Source: Flavobacteriales bacterium
Lineage (GTDB): Bacteria > Bacteroidota > Bacteroidia > Flavobacteriales > BACL11
Assembly: GCA_002712715.1 (NCBI GenBank)
Contig: PAUF01000007.1
Location: 450,134-514,133, forward strand
Reading direction: 5' to 3'
DNA: 64,000 nucleotides
Below the pieces are notes generated by a model that was given only the letters and a program-made list of their open reading frames with translations, did not search any database and was not told the origin of the DNA. This document shows positions 18,245 through 28,900 of this stretch, in pieces. A program made the position numbers and the translations under genes. Position 1 is the first letter of the stretch. Every line of letters begins with the position of its first letter.

Positions 18245-18826
18245 TTATAATAACTGAATTTTAGCAATTGGAGAAAATCTATAGATCTTATTTGTAGCAA
18301 TTTGTATACATTGATAATTCTTACGGAGTTTACAAACTCTTCTATATCTATTATTTCTAAAAATAAATTCGTCTCCATCATTCAAATCACTAACAGTTTT
18401 ATCTGATTCATGAACATTCAATAATCTGTAAAGATCTAAATCAGCATTTGAAGAAGCCTTAGGATTTAACAAGTGTCTAGACAACACCTTAATAGTTTCT
18501 CTATCAAAATAATCTGGATGCAAAAAATCTAACATTATAAGTTTATACATCGACTTCCATTCTTTCCCGTGAGGACGTATTGTATTACGGTATTTCTTAT
18601 ATACAAAAGCATGGGCTAACTCATGTAATAAAGTTATAAGAAAACTTTCTTGATTTAAATCATTATTAATCTTAATTAAATTTTTATCCCCAATTCTAAC
18701 AATAAAAACTCCCAATCTAGTAATAGATGGATTGCATACAATAATATCAATATTTAATTCATCTTGCATCAAAACAATTTTCTGACGAGCTTTTGGATTT
18801 AAATATTTTAAATATGACATTAACAT
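18245..18826 (-). CDS. SprT-like zinc metalloprotease-domain protein
   Basis: HExxH motif LLHELAHAF, followed by ...RPHGKEWKSMY, as in SprT-like domains. Length is 193 aa. Confidence 0.6.
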   Translation of the reverse strand: MLMSYLKYLNPKARQKIVLMQDELNIDIIVCNPSITRLGVFIVRIGDKNLIKINNDLNQESFLITLLHELAHAFVYKKYRNTIRPHGKEWKSMYKLIMLDFLHPDYFDRETIKVLSRHLLNPKASSNADLDLYRLLNVHESDKTVSDLNDGDEFIFRNNRYRRVCKLRKNYQCIQIATNKIYRFSPIAKIQLL

Positions 18827-18832
18827 AGTTAA

Positions 18833-19945
18833 TTAGAATCCCAAAAAGAGAGATATAAAACCTACAACAATAGCTATCATTAATCCAATAAATGAAACAA
18901 AAAATCCGTCCTTACTATTTTCAGCAAATAGAGGAAAAATTCCATCTCCACTTGTGGCAATTGATGCTGCAATTAAAGCGGCCATAGGAAAAGAATCCGT
19001 AGCTAGAAAAGCTGAAGCTACAACAATCATACCACCACAGCCAGGCATAACTCCTATTATAGCTGATAACAAAATAACAACGTATACTGCAGAAGACTCC
19101 ATCCATAGGTTGAATTTGTCTTCACCTATAAGATCATCAATAATAAAGTTAGAAACTAATAATCCAATAAACACGTAAGTAACTACCATTGAAACATCTA
19201 CAATTGCATGTTTCATAGATGATCGAATATCATTCTGATCACAACAAGATTCATGTATACGATAAATGAATTTGTTCATAAAATAAAAAAATAAACATAC
19301 TAGTGTAAAACATACAGTAACCATAAAAGTTAAATCTGCAATCTCATCAATTCCTCCTCCCCATAAAGCCATAATTGAACCAGGGGCTAAAAATATAGCC
19401 ATTAACAGGATGGTATAATATCCAATTTTTTCAATAAATTTAGATGATAGAGTGTTTTGACTTGATTGTTCAATTTGATTTTCCATTTGATCGTCCATAA
19501 TATTCTTAGGAACAAATCTAAATCCTAAAATATCAGCAAAATATCCAAAAATAATTCCAGTTACCAATCCAAATATGGTAATTAATACATATGCTTGTAA
19601 ATTACCAGGAACGTCAGCTTCATTAGAAGCTCCTAATAATACAAATGATCCCTCACCTAACGTACTAATAAAAGAAGCGAACAACCCACCAAATGATATT
19701 TGTTTATTTTTATATAATGAAGAGACTACAATTGTCGCTCCACATCCAGGAATTGCTCCCAAGAAAGATCCAATAATAGGATGTGTCCACTTAGGACCTA
19801 AATGTTTAGCTAACTTTCCATATCTTTTCTTAACTATAAAACTCATTAAAGCGAATCCAAGAATTGATAAAGATACATAGCCACCTATTGCGCCAGCAGC
19901 GTCAAGATTTTCTAAAATAAATAACCAGAAATCATCCATATTCAT
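18833..19945 (-). CDS. polytopic membrane protein with two PGCG motifs (putative metal/ion permease)
   Basis: 370 aa with about 10 TM segments. The internally repeated motifs GAIPGCGATIVVSS and GVMPGCGGMIVVAS suggest a two-fold inverted-repeat transporter. The family assignment (10-TM heavy-metal exporter-like) is from memory only. Confidence 0.45.
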   Translation of the reverse strand: MNMDDFWLFILENLDAAGAIGGYVSLSILGFALMSFIVKKRYGKLAKHLGPKWTHPIIGSFLGAIPGCGATIVVSSLYKNKQISFGGLFASFISTLGEGSFVLLGASNEADVPGNLQAYVLITIFGLVTGIIFGYFADILGFRFVPKNIMDDQMENQIEQSSQNTLSSKFIEKIGYYTILLMAIFLAPGSIMALWGGGIDEIADLTFMVTVCFTLVCLFFYFMNKFIYRIHESCCDQNDIRSSMKHAIVDVSMVVTYVFIGLLVSNFIIDDLIGEDKFNLWMESSAVYVVILLSAIIGVMPGCGGMIVVASAFLATDSFPMAALIAASIATSGDGIFPLFAENSKDGFFVSFIGLMIAIVVGFISLFLGF

Positions 19946-19998
19946 ATAACCATTTACTGCATGTTGTTAGGAGCAATTTTGAATAGTGTACCATCAGA

Positions 19999-20006
19999 CA
20001 AATATA
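19999..20006 (-). promoter_or_regulatory. -7 box TATATTTG, 53 nt upstream of the 19945 start
   Basis: Exact TAnnTTTG match on the minus strand. Confidence 0.35.
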
Positions 20007-20017
20007 GTTATTTAAGA

Positions 20018-20155
20018 TTAATCTGAAATTAAATAAGGAGGAAATTCTACAGAAGAAATTGAACTAAATTTAGGGCAATCATTACAATTATCACTTTTAA
20101 AAATCCCGCATGAAAACAACGAAAATATAAATATAAAAAACCAAAAATATCTCAT
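20018..20155 (-). CDS. possible 45-aa lipoprotein
   Basis: Not in the ORF track. Translation is MRYFWFFIFIFSLFSCGIFKSDNCNDCPKFSSISSVEFPPYLISD, with lipobox LFSC. A -7 box TATTTTTG (20177..20184) lies 21 nt upstream. Confidence 0.35.
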   Translation of the reverse strand: MRYFWFFIFIFSLFSCGIFKSDNCNDCPKFSSISSVEFPPYLISD

Positions 20156-20176
20156 TACAAATTATTTTAATTTAAA

Positions 20177-20184
20177 CAAAAATA
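20177..20184 (-). promoter_or_regulatory. -7 box TATTTTTG upstream of the 45-aa lipoprotein ORF
   Basis: Exact TAnnTTTG match on the minus strand. Confidence 0.35.
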
Positions 20185-20238
20185 AAAAACAAAATAGGAT
20201 AATATGTTTTATGAGTAAAATTAATTATTTTTATCGGC

Positions 20239-20979
20239 ATGTTAAAAGGTATAAGAAGAATTGGTGAGTACTTTATTTTAATGAAGAAGATCTTCAACAA
20301 GCCTGCAAAATTTTCCATCTTCTTTAAACAACTTGTTCTAGAACTCACTAAAATAGGATTAAACTCTATAAGTATAGTTATCATAGTATCAATATTTATT
20401 GGAGCTGTAGTAACTATTCAGCAATATTTAAATATAGATGATCCTTTAATTCCAGGATATCTCATTGGCTTTGTTACTAGAGACGCTCTAATACTTGAAT
20501 TCTCGCCTACTCTTATTGGATTAATCCTAGCAGGCAAAGTTGGATCAAACATCGCCTCCGAATTAGGAACCATGAGGGTAACTGAACAAATTGACGCTTT
20601 AGAAATTATGGGCATCAATTCCGCATCTTTTTTAATACTCCCTAAAATTATTGCCGCAATGTTCTTTTTTCCAATTTTAATCATACTAAGTATTTATATT
20701 GGCATTATAGGAGGTTGGATTGGGGGAAACTCTGTAGGAGTTTTAGCTTCTGATTTTATTGCTGGCTTACAATATGAATACTCTCAGTATTACATGACAT
20801 ACTCAATTATAAAAACCGCTGTTTTCGCTTTAATAATTACATCAGTATCTGCTTTCTTTGGATTCACTACAAAAGGAGGAGCGATTAATGTTGGTATTTC
20901 AAGCACAAAAGCTGTTGTATATAGCAGTATCATTATTCTGATTTTTAACTATATCCTTACTGACTTACTTTTAACATGA
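20239..20979 (+). CDS. mlaE: MlaE-family ABC transporter permease
   Basis: 246 aa. ...LELTKIGLNSISIVIIVSIFIGAVVTIQ... and ...MRVTEQIDALEIMGINS... are typical MlaE/YrbE segments. Its end overlaps the downstream ATPase gene by 4 nt. Confidence 0.8.
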   Translation: MLKGIRRIGEYFILMKKIFNKPAKFSIFFKQLVLELTKIGLNSISIVIIVSIFIGAVVTIQQYLNIDDPLIPGYLIGFVTRDALILEFSPTLIGLILAGKVGSNIASELGTMRVTEQIDALEIMGINSASFLILPKIIAAMFFFPILIILSIYIGIIGGWIGGNSVGVLASDFIAGLQYEYSQYYMTYSIIKTAVFALIITSVSAFFGFTTKGGAINVGISSTKAVVYSSIIILIFNYILTDLLLT

Positions 20980-21725
20980 TCGAAGTTAAAAACATAAATA
21001 AAAGCTTTGGAAATAATTATGTCCTAAAAAATGTTTCACACAAATTTTTAAGAGGGGAAACTAATCTTATTATGGGAGAAAGTGGATCAGGAAAAACAAC
21101 CCTTTTAAAAGTTATGATTGGATTGTATGGATTAGACAGTGGACGAATTAATTATGACAATAGAGAATTTTCTAACATGAATATTAGAGAAAAACGACTA
21201 GTTCGTCAAGAGATAGGCATGCTATTTCAAGGTGGAGCTCTATTTGACTACATGACGGTTGAAGAAAACATCATGTTTCCACTTAACATGTTTAAACAAA
21301 ATTCACATGAAGAAAACTTAGAAAGAGTTAACTTCTGCCTAAAAAGAGTAAATTTAGAAAATACTAATAACTTATTACCCTCAGAACTAAGCGGAGGAAT
21401 GACCAAAAGAGTAGCCATTGCCAGAGCAATATCCATGAAGCCTAAATATCTTTTCTGTGATGAGCCTAACTCTGGATTAGATCCTAAAACTTCAATAGTC
21501 ATTGACAATCTAATTCAAGAAATTACTCAAGAATATAATATTACAACAATCATAAATACTCATGACATGAATTCAGTCATGGAAATCGGTCAGAATATAG
21601 CTTTTATTCATAATGGTGTAATTTGGTGGCACGGAAATCAAGAGGAACTTACTAAAACTAATAACAAAGAATTAAACGAATTTGTATTTGCTTCAAATCT
21701 TTTTAAGAGAATTAGACATCAATGA
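20976..21725 (+). CDS. mlaF: ABC transporter ATP-binding protein (MlaF-like)
   Basis: Walker A GESGSGKTT, signature LSGGMTKRVAIARA, Walker B LFCDEPNSGLD. Confidence 0.85.
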   Translation: MIEVKNINKSFGNNYVLKNVSHKFLRGETNLIMGESGSGKTTLLKVMIGLYGLDSGRINYDNREFSNMNIREKRLVRQEIGMLFQGGALFDYMTVEENIMFPLNMFKQNSHEENLERVNFCLKRVNLENTNNLLPSELSGGMTKRVAIARAISMKPKYLFCDEPNSGLDPKTSIVIDNLIQEITQEYNITTIINTHDMNSVMEIGQNIAFIHNGVIWWHGNQEELTKTNNKELNEFVFASNLFKRIRHQ

Positions 21726-22490
21726 ATGAAAAATATAAAAGCAAAAAAACGCTATGGCCAACATTTCTTAACTGACGCGAATTTATCAAAAAAAATTACA
21801 GACCTATTAGATCTTAATTTAACAAAAAATATTATTGAAGTTGGCCCAGGCATGGGAGCTCTAACCTACCATCTATTAGAAAAAAATATTAATTTAAAAG
21901 TAGTAGAGATTGATAATGAAGCTGTTACCTATCTTTTAAAAAGATATCCAAATATAGAAAAATCTATTATTCATGAAAACTTTCTAAATTTAGATCTACA
22001 AAATTATGGTGTGAAGAAATTTTCAATAATAGGGAATTTTCCTTACAACATTTCTAGTCAGATATTATTTAAAGCGTACGATAACAAAGAAAAGGTAATA
22101 CAATTAGTAGGTATGTTTCAAAAAGAAGTGGCTGATAGAATATGTGCCACAAAAGGAAGAAAGAAAGGAATTCTTTCAATACTTCTACAAACATTCTATG
22201 ATATAGAATATTGCTATACAATTCATGAGGATATGTTTAGGCCTCAACCTAAAGTCAAATCAGGAGTTGTCAAAATGAAAAGAAATAACAGAACCCTACT
22301 GGAATGCAATGAATCAATCTACAAAATGATTGTAAAAACAGGATATAATCAAAGAAGAAAAACTTTGAAAAACGCATTAAAAAGTGTTTCTTTGAAAAAG
22401 AATAAAAAGATAAATAATCTATTAAAACTAAGAGCTGAAGAATTAAATGTTGAAGATTTTATAACACTGGCATTACATGCGACAACCTAA
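21726..22490 (+). CDS. rsmA: 16S rRNA (adenine1518/1519-N6)-dimethyltransferase
   Basis: KKRYGQHFL at the N-terminus, SAM motif EVGPGMGALT, and NFPYNISSQILF. Confidence 0.93.
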   Translation: MKNIKAKKRYGQHFLTDANLSKKITDLLDLNLTKNIIEVGPGMGALTYHLLEKNINLKVVEIDNEAVTYLLKRYPNIEKSIIHENFLNLDLQNYGVKKFSIIGNFPYNISSQILFKAYDNKEKVIQLVGMFQKEVADRICATKGRKKGILSILLQTFYDIEYCYTIHEDMFRPQPKVKSGVVKMKRNNRTLLECNESIYKMIVKTGYNQRRKTLKNALKSVSLKKNKKINNLLKLRAEELNVEDFITLALHATT

Positions 22491-23826
22491 TAGTAAAATC
22501 TTATCCAAGATATCTGAATTAATATTAGTAAATAATCAATATGAAATTTTACTCTTAGTAAAAAAATTACACCATGCTGATTTAGCTGACATAATTGCGG
22601 ACATGGAAATCAATGACGCAAATTATCTATTTCAATTACTGAAACCTAAAACATCCTCACTAGTACTTATCGAATTAGAAGAAGATCTCAGAGAATTTCT
22701 TTTATCTTCACTTTCATCACAAGAGATAGCTGAAGAAATAATTGAAAACCTTGAGTCTGATGATGCAACAGATATAATTTCTAGCTTTTCAGAATCCAAA
22801 AAAAATGAAATACTATCTTTTATTGAGGATAATAGATATGTTAAAAAAATAAAAAAACTTCTGTCATATAGTAAAGAATCAGCAGGTAGTGCAATGGCTA
22901 CAGAACTGATTAAAGTTAATGAAAATTGGGACAGCAATACTTGTCTCAAAGAAATGAAAACCCAATCTAAAAATATTAAAAAAGTTCATGCTATATATGT
23001 AGTAAATAATAATGATATTTTAGTTGGCTCACTATCATTAAAAAAATTATTAATTACTGAGAACAACTCTATTGTTAAAGATATTTCTGATAAAGAAATC
23101 ATATCTGTCAATGTAAATGAGAATAAAGAAAAAGTAGCGCAACTAATGAACAAATACAACCTTGTTGCAATACCTGTAATAGATAACGAAGGTAAATTGA
23201 TTGGCAGAATTACAATAGATGACGCCATGGATCTTTTTAAAGAAGAATCAGAAAAAGATTATCAAATGGCATCAGGGATTTCCAAGGACGTTGAATTGTC
23301 AGATAACATATGGCAACTTATAAGGGCAAGATCACCATGGTTGTTAATTGGTCTTTGCGGAGGATTACTAGCAGCTTATTTAATTGAAATCACACTAAAT
23401 TCCACAAAAAAAGAAATATTAGAGTTAGTTTTTTTTATTCCATTAATTGCTGCGATGGCTGGAAATGCAGGCATTCAATCATCAGCTATAGTTGTTCAAG
23501 GATTAGCTAATTATTCTATACAAAATAACAATATAATACATAAGTTAGGAAAAGAATTTATTGTATCTCTAGCAAATAGCTTAATTTGTTCTTTATTAAT
23601 ATTTTCATCTATGCTATTACTAAACTATAATTTGGAATTATCAATAACTGTTTCTACATCATTAATAGCTGTAATAATATTTGCTTCACTATTTGGAACG
23701 CTAGTTCCATTAATTTTAAATAAATTTAAAATAGATCCCGCTCTTGCTACTGGACCTTTCGTAACAACTATTAACGATATCTTAGGACTAGTCATTTATT
23801 TTCTATTAGCTAAAATAATTATTTAA
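22477..23826 (+). CDS. mgtE: magnesium transporter MgtE
   Basis: N-domain (...LHHADLADII...), a CBS pair, and a C-terminal 5-TM domain with ...AAMAGNAGIQSSAIVVQ... and ...DPALATGPFVTTINDI.... Confidence 0.93.
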   Translation: MRQPNSKILSKISELILVNNQYEILLLVKKLHHADLADIIADMEINDANYLFQLLKPKTSSLVLIELEEDLREFLLSSLSSQEIAEEIIENLESDDATDIISSFSESKKNEILSFIEDNRYVKKIKKLLSYSKESAGSAMATELIKVNENWDSNTCLKEMKTQSKNIKKVHAIYVVNNNDILVGSLSLKKLLITENNSIVKDISDKEIISVNVNENKEKVAQLMNKYNLVAIPVIDNEGKLIGRITIDDAMDLFKEESEKDYQMASGISKDVELSDNIWQLIRARSPWLLIGLCGGLLAAYLIEITLNSTKKEILELVFFIPLIAAMAGNAGIQSSAIVVQGLANYSIQNNNIIHKLGKEFIVSLANSLICSLLIFSSMLLLNYNLELSITVSTSLIAVIIFASLFGTLVPLILNKFKIDPALATGPFVTTINDILGLVIYFLLAKIII

Positions 23827-24756
23827 ATGAAAGTATTATTTATAGATAAAATACATCCATATTTACAAGAAGAATTAGAAAAAAATAATTTTATCTGCCA
23901 TCAAGAATACAATAAAAATAAAAAGGAAATAATGAAAATTATTTCACAATATGAAGGGGTAATAATTAGAAGCAGAATAGAAATAGATAAAAAATTTCTA
24001 TCTCATGCTAAAAATCTAAAATTCATAGCGAGAGCTGGTAGTGGATTAGAAAATATTGATATTATTCATGCAAATTACAAAAATATTCTATGTATAAATG
24101 CAGGCGAAGGAAATAAACAGGCCGTTGCAGAGCATGCGATTGGAATGATTCTTTCATTATTAAATAGCATCAATATTTCTCACGCAGAAGTTAGAAATGG
24201 CCAATGGAATAGAGAAAAAAATAGAGGCATTGAATTGTCTGGCAAAACAGTCGCAATTATTGGATATGGAAATAATGGATCAGCATTTGCCGAAAACTTA
24301 AAAGGATTTGGCGTAAATATTCTTTGTTACGACAAATATTTAGAATCCTATCCAAACCAAAGCACTATGGAGAAAATATACACTGATGCAGACATTGTAA
24401 GTCTTCATATTCCCCTAACTGAAGAAACAACATATTTAGTAAATAGAAGTTTTATTGAAAAATTTGAGAAAAATATTTATCTAATAAATACATCAAGAGG
24501 AAAATGTGTGAATACTAAAGATCTTGTTATGAAAATTAGAGAAAACAAGGTTTTAGGAGCCTGTTTAGATGTTTTAGAATATGAACAATCATCATTTGAA
24601 AAACTATCGGAAAGCAAAGACAATCAGGATCTAAGATTTCTTTTAGACAGCGACAATGTAATTTTATCTCCACATATTGCTGGATGGACATATGAAAGTC
24701 ATTTAAAGATATCTGAATTTCTTGCTAAAAAGATACTTTCTAAATTCAAAAAGTAA
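23827..24756 (+). CDS. D-isomer-specific 2-hydroxyacid dehydrogenase (phosphoglycerate dehydrogenase-like)
   Basis: NAD-binding GKTVAIIGYGNNGSAFA, ...INTSRG..V, and the catalytic His region SPHIAGWT. Confidence 0.8.
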   Translation: MKVLFIDKIHPYLQEELEKNNFICHQEYNKNKKEIMKIISQYEGVIIRSRIEIDKKFLSHAKNLKFIARAGSGLENIDIIHANYKNILCINAGEGNKQAVAEHAIGMILSLLNSINISHAEVRNGQWNREKNRGIELSGKTVAIIGYGNNGSAFAENLKGFGVNILCYDKYLESYPNQSTMEKIYTDADIVSLHIPLTEETTYLVNRSFIEKFEKNIYLINTSRGKCVNTKDLVMKIRENKVLGACLDVLEYEQSSFEKLSESKDNQDLRFLLDSDNVILSPHIAGWTYESHLKISEFLAKKILSKFKK

Positions 24757-24789
24757 AAAAATACGATATTTGTACAAAAAAATAATTTT

Positions 24790-25986
24790 ATGAAAATCGC
24801 TTTCTTAACGTCAGGAGGAATTGCTCCTTGTTTATCCGCTTCCATTGGAAGACTAACCGAAAATTATTTAAATAACTATCCACATGTTGAAATAATAGGG
24901 TATTTAAATGGATATAAAGGATTATTACTTGGAAATTCTATTTCATTTCCAAAAGAGTTAAAGAATAAAATTCAAAACATGTATCATTTTGGAGGTAGCC
25001 CATTAGGAAATAGCAGAGTAAAATTAACTAACATAGATGATTGTATTTCTAAAGGATATATAAATATTGGAGAAATTCCATTAGAAGTTGCTGCAAAACA
25101 ACTAGTCAAAGATAAAGTAGACATTTTACATACTATTGGAGGAGATGATACTAATACAACTGCTGCAGACTTATCAAATTATCTTAAAAAAAATAATTAT
25201 AAACTAACAGTTGTTGGTCTACCAAAAACAATTGATAATGATGTATTTCCTATTACTCAAACTCTGGGAGCATGGACAGCTGCAGAACATGGCGCTATAT
25301 TTTTTGAAAATATTGTTAATGAGAATACAACTTTCAATAGACAACTAATTATACATGAAATTATGGGAAGGCATTGTGGATGGCTAACAGCTGCAACTGC
25401 ATATGAATACAGAAATCGATTACAAAATCTTAAATTTATTCCTGAAATTGGCATAACTAAAGAAAGATGGGATGTTCATGCAATACTATTGCCTGAAGAA
25501 AAGATAGATTTTGATAAAGAATGTGCAAGACTTAATAGAATTATGGATTCACATGACTGTGTGAATATATTTTTAAGTGAAGGGGCTGGACTTGAAACTA
25601 TTGTAAAAGAAACAGAGAAAGAGGGAGGAGAAATATTAAGGGACGCTTATGGACATGTAAGATTAGACAATCTAAATCCAGGACAATGGTTTGCAAAGCA
25701 ATTTTCAAAAAGACTAAAAGCCAATAAAGTTCTTGTGCAAAAAAGTGGATATTTTGGAAGATCAGCAAAGGCGAATCAAAGAGATTTAAACTTAATTTTT
25801 GAGATAGCTGATCACGCTTTAAAAAGTGCAGTTAACGGAATTAGTGGTGTTGTTGGTTGGGACGAAGATAATGACAACAAGTTAAGTTGTATTGATTTCA
25901 AGAGAATAAAAGGAGGAAAGCCATTTGACACCAATCAGAATTGGTATATTAAAATGATGAAGGAAATACAAAAAATTGAAAAATAA
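24790..25986 (+). CDS. pfp: phosphofructokinase, pyrophosphate-dependent type
   Basis: PFK-A family motifs TSGGIAPC, TIGGDDTNT, PKTIDND, IMGRHCGWL. The GGDD (Asp rather than Gly) residue is the known marker of PPi versus ATP specificity. Confidence 0.8.
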   Translation: MKIAFLTSGGIAPCLSASIGRLTENYLNNYPHVEIIGYLNGYKGLLLGNSISFPKELKNKIQNMYHFGGSPLGNSRVKLTNIDDCISKGYINIGEIPLEVAAKQLVKDKVDILHTIGGDDTNTTAADLSNYLKKNNYKLTVVGLPKTIDNDVFPITQTLGAWTAAEHGAIFFENIVNENTTFNRQLIIHEIMGRHCGWLTAATAYEYRNRLQNLKFIPEIGITKERWDVHAILLPEEKIDFDKECARLNRIMDSHDCVNIFLSEGAGLETIVKETEKEGGEILRDAYGHVRLDNLNPGQWFAKQFSKRLKANKVLVQKSGYFGRSAKANQRDLNLIFEIADHALKSAVNGISGVVGWDEDNDNKLSCIDFKRIKGGKPFDTNQNWYIKMMKEIQKIEK

Positions 25987-28900
25987 GTCATTATTACAAC
26001 TTGTACCAATCTCTATTTTTAGAGATCCTGTTTCTGAAAGACTAAGTCAGGAAAAAATCAAAATACAATTAAATGGTTTTGTTGGTTCTTCAAAATCAAT
26101 TCTATCATCATCTATAATTAAAGATTCTAAATCTCCTCAACTATTTATATTAAATGATAAGGAGTCTGCCAATTATTTCATTAATGATTTAGAAAACCTG
26201 ATCAAACATGAAGTGTTCTTTTATCCTGCCTCATACAGAAGAACTTACCAAATTGAAGAAACAGATAATTCTAATATTTTATTAAGAGCAGAAGTCTTAA
26301 ACAAACTGAACAACAAACGTAATTCAATAATTGTTAGTTATCCAGAAGCTATATCTGAAAAAGTAGTTAGTAGAAAAATATTAAATAAAAAAACCATTAC
26401 ACTTTCTATATTCGACACATACCATCTAGATTCATTAGAGAAAATCTTAATTGAAAATAATTTTACTCAAACTGACTTTGTTACTGATCCAGGTCAATTT
26501 TCTATCAGAGGTGGAATTTTAGATGTCTTTTCCTATGCAGATGAAAATCCATTCCGTATAGAATTCTATGATAATGAAATTGAAAGCATTAGGTTATTCA
26601 ACATTAATACTCAGCTATCTATAGAAAGAAGAGAGCAAATATCTATCATTCCTAATACAGACGCAAAAAAGGTTTCAGAAAAAAAAGTGAGTTTCTTAGA
26701 ATATTTACCTCAAAATGCTACAATTTGGATAGACGACATATTACACACTGCAGGAATCCTTCAAAAAAATTTTGACAAAGCTGAAGAAGAATTTAAAAAA
26801 TTATCTTCCGAATCCAAGATACTTCATATTAGCGCAAATGAGATTTTCACTAATGCTAATGAATTTACTAATCAAATAATCAATTTTAGGTTTGTCAATT
26901 TTAGTTCTAATATTTTTTTTGAATCAGACTTTGAGATTAACTCAAATATAATCCCACTTACTTCTATTAATAAAAAATTTGATATTCTTTTCAATGAACT
27001 TGTAAACTTGCAAAACAAAGAATATAAAAATATTATCATGTGTTCCTCAGAAGAACAAAAAGAAAGATTTGAACAAATTTTAGAAAATGAAGATAGAGAA
27101 ATTCATGTTACAACAATTGTTGGTAATTTACATGAAGGATTTATAGATCACAATAATAAAATAGCAATTTATACAGATCATCAGATTTTTAACAGACATC
27201 ATCGATTTAAAAGTAAAACAAAGTTTGCTGATAAACAAGCTATTACCCTCAAACAACTTACTAATCTAAAAATTGGTGATTTTGTAACACATATAGATCA
27301 TGGAATTGGGGAATTTTCTGGTCTTCATAAAATTGAAAATAATGGAAAGAAACAAGAAAGTATCAAGTTAATCTACAAAGGGGGTGATATCTTATATATT
27401 AGTGTTCATTCCTTACACAAAATCTCTAAATATTCTGGGAAAGAAGGACACCATCCTTCCGTTAATCAGCTTGGAAGTTCTAAATGGCAAACAACAAAAA
27501 ACAAAACTAAAAATAGAATTAAGAAGATTGCATATAACCTTATTCAACTTTACGCAAAAAGAAAAACTATTGATGGATTCTCTTATTCTCCTGATACATA
27601 TCTTCAGCATGAATTAGAAGCTTCTTTCATGTGGGAAGATACACCAGACCAAACCTCAGCTAACATTGCAATAAAAGAAGACATGGAAAAGAATACCCCT
27701 ATGGATAGATTGGTATGTGGAGATGTTGGATTTGGCAAAACTGAAATTGCAATTCGAGCAGCATTTAAAGCGATAACTGATAATAAACAAGTAGCTGTTT
27801 TAGTTCCAACCACCATATTAGCACTACAACATTACAAAACATTTAAAACCAGATTAAAAGAATTTGCATGTAATGTAGATTATATTAACCGATTTAAAAC
27901 TACCAAACAACAAAATGAAACAATTAAAGAATTATCCGAAGGAAAAATTGATATTTTAATTGGAACTCATAGAATAGTTGGAAAAGATATAAAGTTTAAG
28001 GATTTAGGATTATTAATTATTGATGAAGAGCAAAAATTTGGTGTTAATATTAAAGATAAACTAAAGAAACTTAAATCTAATGTGGATATTCTTACTTTAT
28101 CAGCTACTCCAATACCAAGAACATTACAATTTTCTTTATTAGGAGCAAGAGACTTATCCGTAATTAACACCCCCCCTCCAAATAGAATTGCAATAAAGAC
28201 TGAAATCGTATATTTTGATGAAGAAATAATTCGTGATGCCATTCAATATGAAATTTCAAGAAATGGTCAGGTATTTTTTATTCATAACAGAATAGAAAAC
28301 ATAAAAGAAGTAGCTAGTACTATACAGCGCCTTGTTCCAAATGCGAAGGTAAAGATTGGACATGGTCAACTAGATGGAAAAATTTTAGAAGAGCTAATGA
28401 TTGGATTTATAGAAGGAGATTATGATGTTCTAATTTCTACAACAATTGTCGAAAATGGAGTTGATGTCCCAAATGCAAATACAATTATAATTAATAATGC
28501 TCATAATTTTGGATTATCTGATCTTCACCAAATGAGGGGAAGAGTTGGAAGGTCCAATAGACAGGCATTCTGTTATTTAATAAGTCCCCCTTCTTATCAA
28601 CTATCTAATGATTCTAGAAAAAGACTGAATGCATTAGAACAATTTTCTAATTTAGGTAGCGGATTTAGTATCGCAATGAGAGATTTAGACATTCGAGGAG
28701 CAGGAGATTTGCTTGGAGCTGACCAAAGCGGATTTATCAATGAAATTGGTTTTGAGATGTATCAAAAAATATTAAATGAAGCAGTAGAAGAATTAAAACA
28801 AGAGAAATTTAATGAACTGTTCTCAGATTCTAATCAAGAATATTTCATAAAAGATTGTCAAATAGACACTGACCTAGAAATCTTAATTCCAGATACATAT

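Noticed and set aside
22400-22490. Possible M-box (Mg2+) riboswitch upstream of mgtE.
   Set aside because: The mgtE start overlaps the rsmA coding region by 14 nt, so there is no leader in which a riboswitch could reside.
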